DNA of 63,034 nt, the filler included, from Diploschistes diacapsis (taxonomy: Eukaryota): NCBI GenBank assembly GCA_023645945.1. It is 11 parts of 11 records of this genome, joined end to end, with 100 filler letters (N's around TTAATTAATTAA, not from the genome) between each part and the next. Parts side by side here need not be neighbours in the genome. Positions count along the whole stretch, not along the records: positions 1 to 26,158 come from JALAIB010000188.1; 10 more parts are not named here. The stretch is one strand, 5' to 3'. Of the stretch, positions 1 through 12,900 are shown in pieces (position 1 is the stretch's first letter; the number at the start of each line of letters is the position of its first letter). The position numbers were made by a program, and so were the translations under genes. A model generated the notes under the pieces. It was not told the origin of the DNA, searched no databases, and was given only the letters and a program-made list of their open reading frames with translations.

Positions 1-1006
1 CCATTACCCCAAGCCCATGCCCATGGGCCCTTCTCCAAAACGAAACCCATCCCCCCTCTATACACCCAAGTCAGGCACCCAACTACCCTCATTGGACCGG
101 TTTAATCAAGTCGGCAAGGCCACACCCCGAGACCATACCCCCACGGCGCTGCAGGACAAGCATTGTCGTCGCATATATATATACGCGGGGTGAAGCATGC
201 ATGGCCCGAAACCGCAGCGGGCAGCGGCAGCGGCTGTGAAGGATATGAGGCTGGGAATACGAATTCCATGGCTAGCTTTTATGGATGAGGGAGGGGGGTT
301 GGGAGAGCGATTGGGAAGTGGAAGGCTAAAAGGGGTGAGGGAGAAGGGAGAAGGGAGAAGAGATTAGGTTGGGAGGAGGAAGAAAGGAGGGCGAGGACTA
401 CGAGGAGCGTGCGACTGATGTCTGAACTATTGATTGATTGATGGATGAATGGGTGGATGGGTGGGTGGGATTCTGTGCAACGTACTGAGGTGAGGTTGTG
501 TGATGTGGTTTCTACGGTCTGCCTGCAAAAATGGTTTTATCATAATCTGGACAGGGAGCGGCATGTTGATTAAGAAAGAAGGAAGAAGCTAACTCGGGAA
601 GGAGGATGGTTTGCGGTTGGAGAAGTAGCGGTGGTGTTGTGCCTGGCTGGATGGAATCGACATGGGTTGTGGCTGATGCGGTTACGATTAAGCTGCTGTG
701 TGTGTATGCGTGAACTTGAAGAGGAAGTGCCATGATACGGGCTACCTTTGAAAAACGTGTAATAATCACAGCAAGCGCGTATAGCTCTAGCGCCCGTCTA
801 CTACGCGATACCCTAACCTGTTCGCTTCGCTTCGGTCGTGTCTTCAAACATGGCTCGGACATCGTCCGCCGCTTTCTTCAGCTGTTCCTTCGAGTCTGTC
901 GCCCTGTGCTCTCCGTGTCCCCAGATTGAGAAGATGGCGCTACGGAATCTAGGTCAGTTTCGTTTGTACATACAGCTAGGAGAGAGGAAAGCCATGGTCC
1001 CTTGAC

Positions 1007-1520
1007 TTACCGATCGTAGTGACGGTAACATGCAAGCTGAAGGATTGAATTCACGCCATGCTTGGGCGAGCACTTGTGCAAGCGCCAAAAGCTGCTACCA
1101 CGGCCTGAGATCCTGGGGGCGTTAAAAGTGAACTTGAGCATATGATCCAGCATCCAGTTCTGAATAAAGTTAATCCTGCTGTCTAGTATAGCATCTGTGG
1201 AAACCGAGAGCTCCTGAAATCCAGTTCCTATGGAGCTAAGGTCCACTTTGGAGAGGGCCATGAGGCTTAGAAACCTCCTCGCGAGCGGCGGGAGCGATGA
1301 AATCTCGTAAAGGTGTCATGGTCAAGCCCTCAAGCCGAGTGTGTTCAATCACGGATGCCGCCGATGTGCGTACCAACGGTCTAACCCCTTATCGCTAAAG
1401 TGGAAGGCATGATCCTTTGGCGAAGCATCGTCCAAACAAATCACAGACGTTGCCGCTTCAATGACTTCTATATTAACCTTATTTTCGGCATGGATCGAAG
1501 TCAGGCACTGGTGATACTAA
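1007..1520 (-). pseudogene. Choline/carnitine acyltransferase-family gene fragment, frameshifted and 5'-truncated
   Basis: Manual minus-strand translation gives ENKVNIEVIEAATSVICLDDASP..HFSDKGLDRWY, then (other frame) SAASVIEHTRLEG, then GVNSILQLACYRHY. These match the ICLDD / NRWxDK / EHxxxDG / QLAxxR landmarks of carnitine acyltransferases. Boundaries approximate. Confidence 0.65.
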
Positions 1521-2299
1521 TATAAGCCAGTATATAGCATGTCAGAACTGCTAATGCTATGCTTAGTTTTGCCCACTCGTCACCTCTATCTGCCGTCAAG
1601 ACGCTTATATTAAGTCAAAGGCAGCAACTGCCTGAAGCCGAAAGTGCGTCATGTCTGGATATTCTAATGGGAGCTCGTGGAATCTTCTCGGTCTAATGCG
1701 CAAGGTGAATAGAGAGGTTCAGCAACCCTGTAAATGCACCGCGTAAGTCTTATTGTAGTTAGCTCGTATCTCGGCGCCGAGCGCTGCTTACCGCTTTAAG
1801 AAGTATCTCCGAAAATGTACGCAGCGTCCGCCTATAAAACCGCAGACGTCGCCTACGCTGCGTAAGTCTTAATGTAGATAAGCGTTAAAGAAAGCTTTAT
1901 AACCTTCTATCGACGCATCCGTAGCGTAAATAAAGAAATAAAATAAAAATTTAAATAAATTTTTATTTTAAGTTTCTAAAATGATCTATCCGGCGCTTCT
2001 AAAGGTCGCCGGCGACGTGTCTACCTTTATAGAACGTAAAGGATAGACAACGACGCCTGTTCTTACGTTTTTAGACCCTTAATTTTACGATCTAAATAAT
2101 AATGAACGTTGATATTAAATGCGATAACGTTTATTACTATTTCCGTATCCTTATGCGTTTTTTTTTTTTTTTTTTCTTCTAGCGCCTCGAGCGTTTTTTT
2201 TAATATCCCTTCCTTTTTCTTTATTAAATTAGAAGTCGATGCAATGCCCTTTCTATCGAGACCGCCGAGGAGGGGGCTTAAAAATATTCGCGAAAAGAT

Positions 2300-3050
2300 A
2301 ACGCTGATACGTCTCTATCTGGAAAACGTATTAATATATCGAACCTAAAATAAAAAAAAAAATTTTGGGCTTATATTAGGGTGGAATTGCAGGATAAAAT
2401 AAATCTATAATTTTTTTATCTTAACGCTAGATAAATTATAAGTATTATAATTAAAAATCGATAAAAAAAGCTCGCTAGCGAGTAGACAGACGATAATAAA
2501 ACGGATACGAATTTTACGTCGACGCTCGACGAGTGGTTAGATATTTTAAAAGAAGAAAAAAGAAATTAGCAAATAAAATAAAGCGAAACGACAAAAAGAA
2601 AAAAAAAGATTCACGATATTCGGGATCTTTAGCGTCGAATAATGCGCCGTATAAGCGAACGTAGCGCGAGTCTCGATTTCGAGAAATCGAGCGACCGAGA
2701 GAGAGGCGAAGGAAAGAACGACGGCGAAAACGACGGCGAGGGCAACGGCGACGGCGACGGCGAGGGCGAGGGCGCTACCGGGAGCAGTAACCGGCGCAGC
2801 GAGAGTAGTAACCGGGGACGGAACAGAAGTAAACCTAAAAATAAGTCAGCGCGTAAGTAAAGAAAAAAAAAAGGAAACCGTGATATCCGCCATTATAAAG
2901 ATAGCGGATGCTTTCGTCGAAGGCGATAAACTACTTTATTAACAGCGCGGCGAGTAGACGATAAAGGAATTTTAAGTTCTACGTAAACAAATATAGGAGG
3001 AAAGGGAGGCGCGAAAGGCGTAAACGTAATAAACGAATGCGGTTTTAAAT
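2300..3050 (+). pseudogene. Probable second (accessory, DNA-binding) ORF of the Harbinger element, degraded
   Basis: Plus-strand remnant KTDTNFTSTLDEWLDILKEEK (~2500-2560) is followed by charged low-complexity sequence and converges on the transposase, as expected for two-ORF Harbingers. Boundaries approximate. Confidence 0.45.
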
Positions 3051-3109
3051 GATTTAAAATTAATGTTAGCGAACGTTATTAAAAAAGATTAGATTAGATT
3101 TATTTATAT

Positions 3110-4400
3110 AGATTTAAATAGATCTATATATTCCTTTATAGAAGGAGGATTTATCCCGTACGTCCTCGAAGTGCCATTGTTACGTAAATAATGTATTAAA
3201 TTTATTAAAAAGATCGCGATCGCATAATATACGATTACGGGAGTAAGCTTTATCGAATAATTAGTTATTAAAAATAGAAAAGAAGTAAAACTTATTAATT
3301 TTAAACTTCTTATAATGCGTAAGAAAGCGTTAGTAACGTAACACGTCCCCGAAAGCGTGTTCCACGTAAATCCGATTTTTCGACATTCTTTTATTATAAC
3401 GACGTTTAGTTAAAGAGAGTTGTCCGCGCGGCGGCGTTTTTAGCGCGTTTATAATCCCGTAAACGTCGCTGTACGCGGCGTTTTTATAGATGTAAAGGCG
3501 GTCTTTTATATCTCGATCTTTTTAAAGCTGTAGTTTGTTAATATAAACTTTATTGAAAAAGATTACGAGCCTTATATAACTCGCTTTTAATTTTAAAAGC
3601 CTGTTAAGTAGATTAATCTTTTTTGGGTTTAGATTAGGGCCCAACGAGACTCACGATTAGGCCATCTGGCGTTATAATATCTTAATATTTAAAACAATAC
3701 TGCTTTTTATATCTAAAATATTAACGTCTCTGGTTCTAAACGGGCCGATAAAGCGGCCGTAACGTCCCGTTTATCTAGTTTTAGATTAATCTTCTTTTTT
3801 TAGTTTTCTCGAGGGCATCTGTATACGCGATTAAACGATCCAACGTATAGAATCAGGGGTTCTATTTTAGAAGCGGGCCGAAGACGTTGTAAAGAATTTT
3901 TACCGTATCCGAAAACACGGTAGAAAGTTAGGCCCGATTCCGCTCGAAGACGAGGGATAGGCGATGGAAGGGCGCGGGGGAAACGAGTCGAAAATAAAGG
4001 AGATAGAACTTCTCCTCTAGCGAAACGACGTGGCGGAAACGGAGGGAAATCGAAAGGGATCTTAGCAGTAAAGGGATTAGGCGGCGGATCTCCGGTTTCG
4101 TAAATTTAGAAATAAGTTAATAAATAATTCGTAGAGGGAGGGGATTTATCTAAAATAGGTCTTGATATTAAACGCAGTTTACATGTCCTCGTCGTCAAGA
4201 TCGAAGTTGATGGAAGGATAAAAGAAGAAAAAAAAAACAACGCGGCGAGAAACCTCGCGTTTTGTTTTTAAATATAATAAAAGAATAAAAATAATAAAGG
4301 CCCTACGGCGTCTTAAAACAAGCCTCTAAAAACGTGAAATAGCCATATTTTAAATCTTTTTGATTATATTTAAAAGGGATGAAATTACTAGGAGCATTGC
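3110..4400 (-). pseudogene. Harbinger DDE transposase (DDE_Tnp_4-like), multiple stops
   Basis: YKKQYCFKY*DIITPDGLIVSLVGP (~3640-3715), LYIYKNAAY (degenerate YGDxAY) and YNKRMSKNRIYVEHAFG (~3350-3400). Boundaries approximate. Confidence 0.85.
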
Positions 4401-4514
4401 ATTTTAATATATTTCTTAATTTAGATTAGTTTATTGCCAAGGCTTTAAAAAATGCGTTAATTATATCTGGACTTACGTAGCGAGCGCATTGCAGGGTTAC
4501 TGAACCTCTCTAAT

Positions 4515-6414
4515 AGCCCTATCCTTGAGAACTTGACGTCAAGCTTAAAGAGATAAAGGGAGAAAAGCCGGAAAAACTATTTACCGACACGTTAATAAAC
4601 TCATCCCGAAGCATCATATACTCAACTTCCTAGTCGAGCGCTTCTTTGAAAGAAGTTAAATGGATCAATGGCATTGTTCATTCGACTACGTTCCTGACCA
4701 GGTATGAGCAATTGTGGGAAGTATTACCATCATTCAATCTGGAAGATGTGGAATTCGCTCTTTCGTTACTCCAAATCGCCGCCTACAGCGCTCAGTTTCT
4801 ACTTTGTTCCACGTATACTGCAGATACCATATGTGGCATGCCAATTAGTGCCATTCGCAAACATTGTCATACTCTAGCAAACAGAGTTATCAGCCCTGTT
4901 CGATGCAGTGGGCAGATTGCAGTCTTTCGTGACCGTTCAGTACTATTGTTTTCGAGCGAATTACGAGTTAAACGAAGGCTATATCAAGCGCGCGTGGCGA
5001 TTTATCGGAAGTGCTATCCGAGTAGCGGTCGACCTGGGGATGCACTCGGAAGCCCCAATATTAAACGAGATATCGACTGTTGCGCGGCCGAACGGCCTCG
5101 GAATTGAACTGAGGAGAAAGGCGTATTGGGATCTCTATACCTGGGATCGGTAAGAGCCTTCCATGTTCCTGGTAAATACTGATGTATGAGACTAATTTTG
5201 TGGCCTCATTCACCACTGGCACTGGTTTATTGTCTTAGATCGTCAATCATACTTCCAGAATGGACATTGTACCGTCTCCTATCCTCAGATGCGGCTGGAT
5301 CTCAGTATAGAAGACCAAGATTCTCCTGACCTATTCATGGAGCGTATTCTGTAGGCCAAACTTGCCACCATATGGCAATCCTTCCTATATCGCTTAAACG
5401 ATGATCCCACCATCTTTAAACCGGTCCACATGGAAGAGCAACAAGATAGACTCTATAAGGAGTTGGTATTTCAACTACCGCCATATATTCGCCTTAAGAA
5501 TCCTGAAATAAAGTGGGATGAAAAGTGCCGAGACTTGTTCCGCAAAAGACATATGCTACGTATGTCTATATTTGCACTACGGTGTCTAATGTCAAGCCGC
5601 TTCTCGGTCTGATGCTGGAGAATTTTTACTCCCTGTCAGTCTATGAACGCAATTTCGTTCAGTACCCTAGGTACTTCTTATACGTGTTACAATATCGCTT
5701 CTGGAAAATACAGCATGCCTATACAGCAATATGAATGCCAGTCAAACCAAGTTTTTCCTGTCAGTTTCTACACCTTTGAGCCAACAATGGTGTTGATCCT
5801 AAATGTCTTTAACTACAAGCTGTTCGAACTGGATGGGCACTGCATCATATCACAAGGACAAGTAGAGCAAATTTTGCTTATCAACACGCCGCTGTATAGA
5901 AGCTATCACGCAAGCCATGTACGGACTCGAAAGTCTTCGAGAAGCTAGTCGGATAACCGACATTGGCATGCGCAAACTAAATAAAGTTATGGCTTTATTT
6001 GAAGAACTCAAAGCAGGCAGATCAAGCCAGGGCAAGAGTTCCAAGTGTGATCTTACTTACACTGACCTCCTCGATAACGCTTGGGATCACTGCAAAACAC
6101 CAGCTCTAAATACTGATGGAACTTCAGACGAACCGGATCTGTGGCTGCAGTCACCTGCAAAAAGTAAGGGCAACAGCAGTTTGTTAGATTAACTCTCCTA
6201 CGATATGTCTCCAGAAAAAGTTCAAGATTGGCGATTTGTTCACCCTTTCATGAGTCAAACAACCCCTTTTGTGCAGGATGATCTGGTTTTTCTGTCGAAT
6301 TCAACAACCAATATCTTTGATATGTCCCGAGTAAGCCCTTTTCTGGCTACGCCATATGCCGCCACATGTCTGCTACAGGAAGATAATAGTGCATTATTGG
6401 TCCAGGATCATTAG
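4515..6414 (+). pseudogene. Fungal-specific (Zn2Cys6-class) transcription factor, middle homology region, frameshifted
   Basis: LIPKHHILNFLVERFF / EVKWINGIVHSTTFLTRYEQLW, AWRFIGSAIRVAVDLGMH, ELRRKAYWDLYTWD and ERIL*AKL lie in different frames with an internal stop. No Zn cluster is seen. A possible upstream remnant (GYSNGSSWNLLGLMRK, 1651-1704) sits on the other side of the transposon. Confidence 0.8.
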
Positions 6415-6952
6415 TTCGCAAAGTTTATCAGATTTGAAAAACATCCGTATGTCTTTGTTCATAATTGTTTCTGCTCAGTACTAGTTCGAAGGTTCCGTTA
6501 GCTGGATGCTCTGGTTAATCAGACCATGTTCCGACACTATGTGGCTTTGCTTGCATACCAATATTGTAATCTACGTTAATAATCGTCTTGTGTTTCATCC
6601 ACATACCATCTATTTGGGGGGAGATTCTTACGTCAAGCCTGAAAGCCGATAGTTTTAGGGTTTGCTATTCCTTAAAGAATAGACGGTCTCGCAGGTGACT
6701 ATCTCGAATTTATCCGTTTCCTAGAAGAAGGAAACTAATGTCTATAAAGCCTAAAGTTAAACGTTTGTTACTTACAGTACTTGTTGCACCGAAGCTTGTG
6801 GCTACTCGAGGTCCAGCATTTCAAGAAGTACTCTGTTCATCATTAGTTCGAAGGCGAAGGGGATCAAAGGTTCTGACAAGATTTTGAGCTTCATTGGTGA
6901 TGGACCATTTATTCCGTGGATGTCTTTTCAGCTGACAACCTATCGCCGTACA

Positions 6953-9900
6953 ATGTCTAAAGGAAGTCAACCTGGCCAAAAAGGGCACGTTCTTGACAGA
7001 GAGCCAAGTCTGGCGCAATATCCTGAACCTATGGCAATTGTTGGAATGGTTAATCTCAAGCCCTTGCCATTTTTAAATTCCGCCCTATAAGACTATTGGT
7101 ACATCGACTTCAATCTTAAGTAACCGGATCGGTTTTGTGTTCAACCTACAAGGCCCGAGGCAAAGTTCTCAATCTCGACTGGACTTGGTCTTCCCCAGTC
7201 AAGAGCTATCTAAGATTCTAATATTACTAAAGCTTAACCGTCGATACTGATTGCTCATCTTCATTTTATGCGCTTCACTTTGCCGTTAATGCTATCAGAA
7301 ATAGAGATTGTCTCTTCCACGCTTAGCGCTTTGTCACCAGCACCCACATGCCCTACATTTGATATCTCTGCCGATCGTTATGCACGTGGTGAAGGTTTTT
7401 GGGACCCTTCTCATCAAGCCTGTATCAAGGCAATACAGAAGCAAAATCCGATCCGCGCGCTTGTGCGCGAGATCTCCATTAATGCGTAAGCGAAAAGGTT
7501 TCTATCACCAAACACCTTACAACGCTTACATTCCTAAGGAATGGGAGAGATAGTGACATCACTCACCCATATTCTGATGCCCAAGTTGCCGTTATTAAGC
7601 AGCCTTTGAGGATGCGGGTGGTATAGATCCAGATCTTACAAGTTATATCGAATGCTGCGGAACTAGGACACCTGTTGGCGATCCGCTTGAGATTGCGGCC
7701 ATCGGTAGGTCCTTCTCTTCTGGGAGAAAGGACGAAAGGCTGCTTGTAGGATTGTACGTCAATCTCTCGTGCAGTATAATATTAATTGACGCGCTAGCTC
7801 GGCAGATCAAGATAAATCTAGGCCATACAGAGTCATCGAGCGGCATAGCAGGCGTTATGAAAGTGGTCCTCGCTCTCGAGCATGGTATGATATCGGCAAC
7901 CATCAGGGGTTCGCCAACTCAATCCAAAAGGTAAGTACATGCGGATCAAATGCTTGGCAATATTAACTGGATTAAGTCAACTTCGACGCGGCTCGTGTAC
8001 GGGATGTAAGGGACCTGAGTCACTGGCCTGATAAGTCCATTCGTCATGCCTGTATCAACTCTTTCGGCTTCGGTGGAGCTAATGCACATTGCATCCTGGG
8101 TGATTACTGGACATTTGCGTCCCGTCTTGCCTCAAAAAACTGCTATGGCCGCGACATTTACAGGACTGAACTACTGGCTAACCCAAGGCACAGTTCGGAC
8201 GGTCCGAAAAGAATACGATCTCGAGAATAAAAGTTCTGATGCAGACTCAGGCATGAGAAATGATCACAGTCAGAGTATCAAACACACAGTTTTGGCTCTA
8301 AACCTAGCACTATGCCGCCTGAGCAAACACTAATGTTACGAAGTCATTGTGATATTACAAAGCGCCGTTTTAGTACCGCTAGGCTGCATAACCAAAAGAC
8401 AACAATACTGGATTGTGCTAGTATTGAACTAAACTTATATATATATATATATATATACGCGAGACTACATCATACTGGAGAGTCCAAACTTGGGGCAAAA
8501 GCTAAAACACGTCGGCTCATGTTGCTTCCATTAATGCTGCTGATGATTACTCATTAGAGCAGAATATTCAGAGACTCTTCGGCAGTCTTGGCAACCTCTA
8601 TTTATCTGATATTGCATATGCCTTGTCTGCAGGACGGTCAAGATTCTTCAAGCGCAAGTTTATTGTAACAAGCTCAGAGAACCCTAAGATAAAGCCTTCT
8701 TCTAGCGTGATAACTCAGGGTGAAGGTTTGAACTCTAGGAAAGATCTATTGGTTTAGTCTTCACCGGCAATTTTCCTCTATTCAGGCTGCAGTGACTTAA
8801 GAATATTGTTCTACAGCAGACGGCAGATCAGAGAGCCCAGTGGTCTGGGATGGCCATACAGCTTTTTGCCGAGTTTGCAATTTTTCGACAGAGTATCCGT
8901 TACTTGGACCGAGTTCTGGAAAGCTATTTATCCCTCTACCCTGGTCAATCGAAGCTCTGTACCTCCTGGAATCAAACACTTGGGTGCTCAAGATTTATAA
9001 TTTCTGCATTGTTCGACCACAAACAATTTGGTCGACGAAACACACTACTTCTAAACGCTTTGCACAGCCCTGCAAATTGCGCTGTTTGATCTGCTGTGGT
9101 CTTTGATATTACAATCACTCATCACAGTAGGCCATTCCTCAAGTAATACTGCAAGCTCATCAACATGCAATCTGCTGACGGTTCATAGATGAAATTGGGG
9201 CCGTCTATGCTCCTGGGTTACACACTGCTGAAGAAGCAATAGTTTTGCTTATCTTCGCGGTTTTGTTGTGTTCGAGATCAGCTTAGAAGGTTTTATGCTT
9301 GCCGTTGGACTTGGTCCTGTTGATGTTCTCCTATCTCTCGAAAAGCTTGCATCTGAACTTACTGTTGCTGCTATTAACTCTTCACAGAGCATGACTCTAT
9401 CAGGGGATAGAGAAGCCGTGGATCAACTGTATCAGATACTCTTACGAAACAAGATCTTTGCGAGGACCCTCAAACTGGAGGGGAGCTTACTACTCATGAC
9501 ATATGACTGCCTGTGGCAACCGTTATAAAGAGCTGTGTCAAAATTGTCCGAACGAAATTCCTGAAGACATTTCTCTAGAGCAGACTCCTCCAAACGCGGT
9601 CTCTTGGCGATCTTCTGTGAACCCTGATGATCTACCCCAGAGAATGCGGCCAGACTCCATGTATTGGAGGGAACCCTCGAGTACCCGGTTCTCTTTTCCC
9701 AAGCAATCGGAAATATGCTAGAAGCCGGCCAAGTAGATCTGTTAATAGAAATTGGCCCGCATTCTGCTTTGCAAGGTCCATTCAAGCAGATAATCTCGAA
9801 ACATCTGTTCGAAGAGAAGGCGCCAGCTTCCGAATACTTTCCTCGTTGCAGCGGAGTATAAACTCCTTGTAAGCTATGTTGCTCCTGTGTGGGCAGCTTT

Positions 9901-12900
9901 TGCTTTGAAATGCGCCCGTTGACTTAGTTGTTGTGAAAGCTTTAGACTAATTTTACAAATAATCAAGTACACCTGATACACGTTGACATATGTCAAATCT
10001 TCCTCCATATCAATTTAGTTACGGACCTGTCGTCTACCACGAGAACCGATACAACAGCGAACTAAGACATGGGAGTTTTTGGATCTCTTCAACCGGGCAA
10101 GTCCCAACTTGAAGCCTTTTTGGCGCGACTTGCCCCGACCCAAGGACGTTCTACGGCTTAAAGACCATAAGATTTGTTTAAAAATCCCGACGCTTTGTGG
10201 ATCTAACATGTGAACTCCCTAGCTCCTGCCGTCAGTCATGTTCTGGCTGCGGGCTATATCTGCATGGCCGTGGAAGCTGTTTCTCAGATAGAAGCCGAGT
10301 CTCTAGATTCTACTTCTTTCCTAGGCTATGCATAATGCAATGTCCGGATCATCTCTACACTTCAAATCCCTAAGGACGACAATGGGATTGAAATGATGTT
10401 GGATTTAACTTCACATCCTAGCAAAGACCCTAGCGCCTCTTCAAGTGGTTTGAATTCATCGCGAGGTCTGTTCTTCCTGGAATAAAATGTTGGATGGAGA
10501 ACTGTTTGGGGCAGATCAGTCTTGAATCTAGTGCCACAGGTAATTCTAATATCAAGTCAATACGTTTTGTACTGACAGCTTCCAGATATAGAAGACCGTC
10601 AGGTTCATTGAACTCGAATTGCAGCAAACAACGGCCGGGCTCTGGTATAAAAAGTTCACTGATCGAGGCTTGCTCTATGGGGAATCCTTCCGTGGGCTTT
10701 CAGGTATTAGGGCATATCACCGTAGATCGGAAGCAGCGTCATGTGTCAGACTGTCTTCACCTGCATATTTTGACTCCCTTCAGTCGAGTTATGTGCTACG
10801 CGGATATACTATTGACTCCATCTCCTGGCTTGGTGTAATTGCTCGCCATTCCTGGATTGGCAGAAGCTTTCGTGATGCTTATGTTCCGGTCGAAATCGAA
10901 ACTCTGTCGATATGGGCTACGGAAGCAAAGGGACAAGTTTCGATCCCAGGACAAGCTTTTGTCTGCGATGAGCTACAGGGATTTGTGAGGTGCATATGTA
11001 GATACGGAGCTTTTCACATCCTTGGTAAGCTTTTGGTGACTGTCGAAATCATCCGAGGTGTTATTTTATGATGGAATACGGAACAAACACGAAGATTCTG
11101 AGTATTCTCACGATCCCTATTTTCGATTGTTAGACCCGATATTAACGTTCTTAGCAATGGAAGGCTAGAAGTATGTCTGCTTCTCGCTTAGCGATTCATA
11201 CAGTGGCCGACAGTTTCAGGAACGCAAAACGCTTATCAGCTTTCACAATCGTTTATTTTTTGATATACAACAATCGGTACCACGCGAACATATCCCGTCG
11301 AACTTACAAAGATTCCTGGAGTAGATTGACCGGTGTATAGCAATGGCGCAAAACGGGAATTCTCGAACACGGCTAAGAAGCTCTGTCAATCCCTCGGGAA
11401 GAACAGTCTAAAGTCATTAATCAGCTATATTCGGAGCTCTCTATGATCGAAGATACTAAGCTAGTCGAACAACTGTATGGCCACACTTTGAAAATTCTTA
11501 TGAACAAGCTAAGCCCATTGCAGATTGCGCTCAAAGATGGGTTACCAACAAATCTGTATAAGAATAGGATCTTTTCGAATGGGTTTTACCCAGTTTCGCG
11601 AGACAATTGACCCCATAGGACACAAACTGCCGCAGATGTCAATCCAAGAGATTGGTGGCGGCACAGGCGGCGCCACCAGGTCTACACTGGAAGTACTAAG
11701 TGGACAGCCGCCGTTCCGCTGGTACCTAGATTACCGATATTGGTACATCCTTCTTCGCCGCTGTTGAAGCCAAGTTTTCTCGATATAATGATATCTCATA
11801 TGAGAGACTCGATATTGAGCTCGAGCCACTACAACAGGGTCTCCAGTCATAGTACGACCTTATGATTTCCTCGCAGTTCCTTCATGCTACCAAAAGCATA
11901 GTGGGTACTTTGAAGAACGTTCGTACTCTGTGTAATTATGGAGGAAAGCTGATAATAATGGAATGCACGAAAACAACAGATTTTGTCACCCTTACCTTTG
12001 GACTATTTCCTTGCTATTGGAATGGAGTTCAGAGGGCCGAGTAGATGGACCCTTCCTCACTCAGTCTCAATGGAACAATGCTTTTTAAACACACTGGATT
12101 TCCAGGCATTGATATAGCCCTAAATCACCATGTCGAACCGTGTTGCTTAGTGACCACTATCTGTACGACCGCGGTTGAACTTTCGTTATCTCTTGGGATA
12201 ATCTTGTTATTCTCGACCTACCATAGGCTTAGTGTTTTTTTCTTGCCACCAAAGATTCTTGCCCTTGTCAAGCAAAAACTGGAAAATAGCAACTTCCACC
12301 CAATAGTGATGGGCTTTTCTATAGCTTCGGAGACCAAAGATTCAAGACTAATATCACTCTGGACATTGATCGCTTGCAAATACTTGAGCTCTCCAAAGTT
12401 GACTTTGAACGGTTCAAGAAGCTTGTTCTTCATGCTAAGTCGGTTCTTTGGATGTCGAATGGCGGTCTATCTAAAAGCTTCCCGGCCCAGTGCGGCACTT
12501 ATGAAGGGTTTCATCACAAGCATTGCTACAGAGAACCTAAGGACGAAAGTGGCTGCATTAGACCTTGAACCAATGTTTGACGACTTATCAGTAGATATCG
12601 TAACAATGATCGTTCAGCAGGAGCATGTTCTATAGCAGGTGTCCGTTTATAAACGCCAGGAGGATAACCATGTCATTATTAGAGATGGGTATCCTCCGAT
12701 AGGTCGAATAACCCTGACCAAGTTCTAAATCATCGCTTCAATTTCCAGGAGGATCTTAATCAGGAGACATATATGGTCCCATCAAGCGAATTGGGTCCAG
12801 TCAAGCTGGCTTTTCATCAGCCACTTTTACTGGATTCGCTGTATTTTAAACCCGAGATAAATCTCGTTTTATCTTTAAGCGACGACGATGTTGAATTCAG

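Larger units (their letters stand above)
1711..4511. mobile_element. PIF/Harbinger DNA transposon, full length (~2.8 kb), RIP-degraded
   Basis: Terminal inverted repeats AGAGAGGTTCAGCAACCCTG (1711-1730) and CAGGGTTACTGAACCTCTCT (4492-4511) match 19/20. AAT flanks both sides (1708-1710, 4512-4514), consistent with a 3-bp TSD. The interior is AT-rich with Harbinger transposase motifs. Confidence 0.88.

Noticed and set aside
1..930. Short ORFs and purine-rich tracts at the window start
   Set aside because: Low-complexity sequence with no recognisable protein similarity or consistent gene model.
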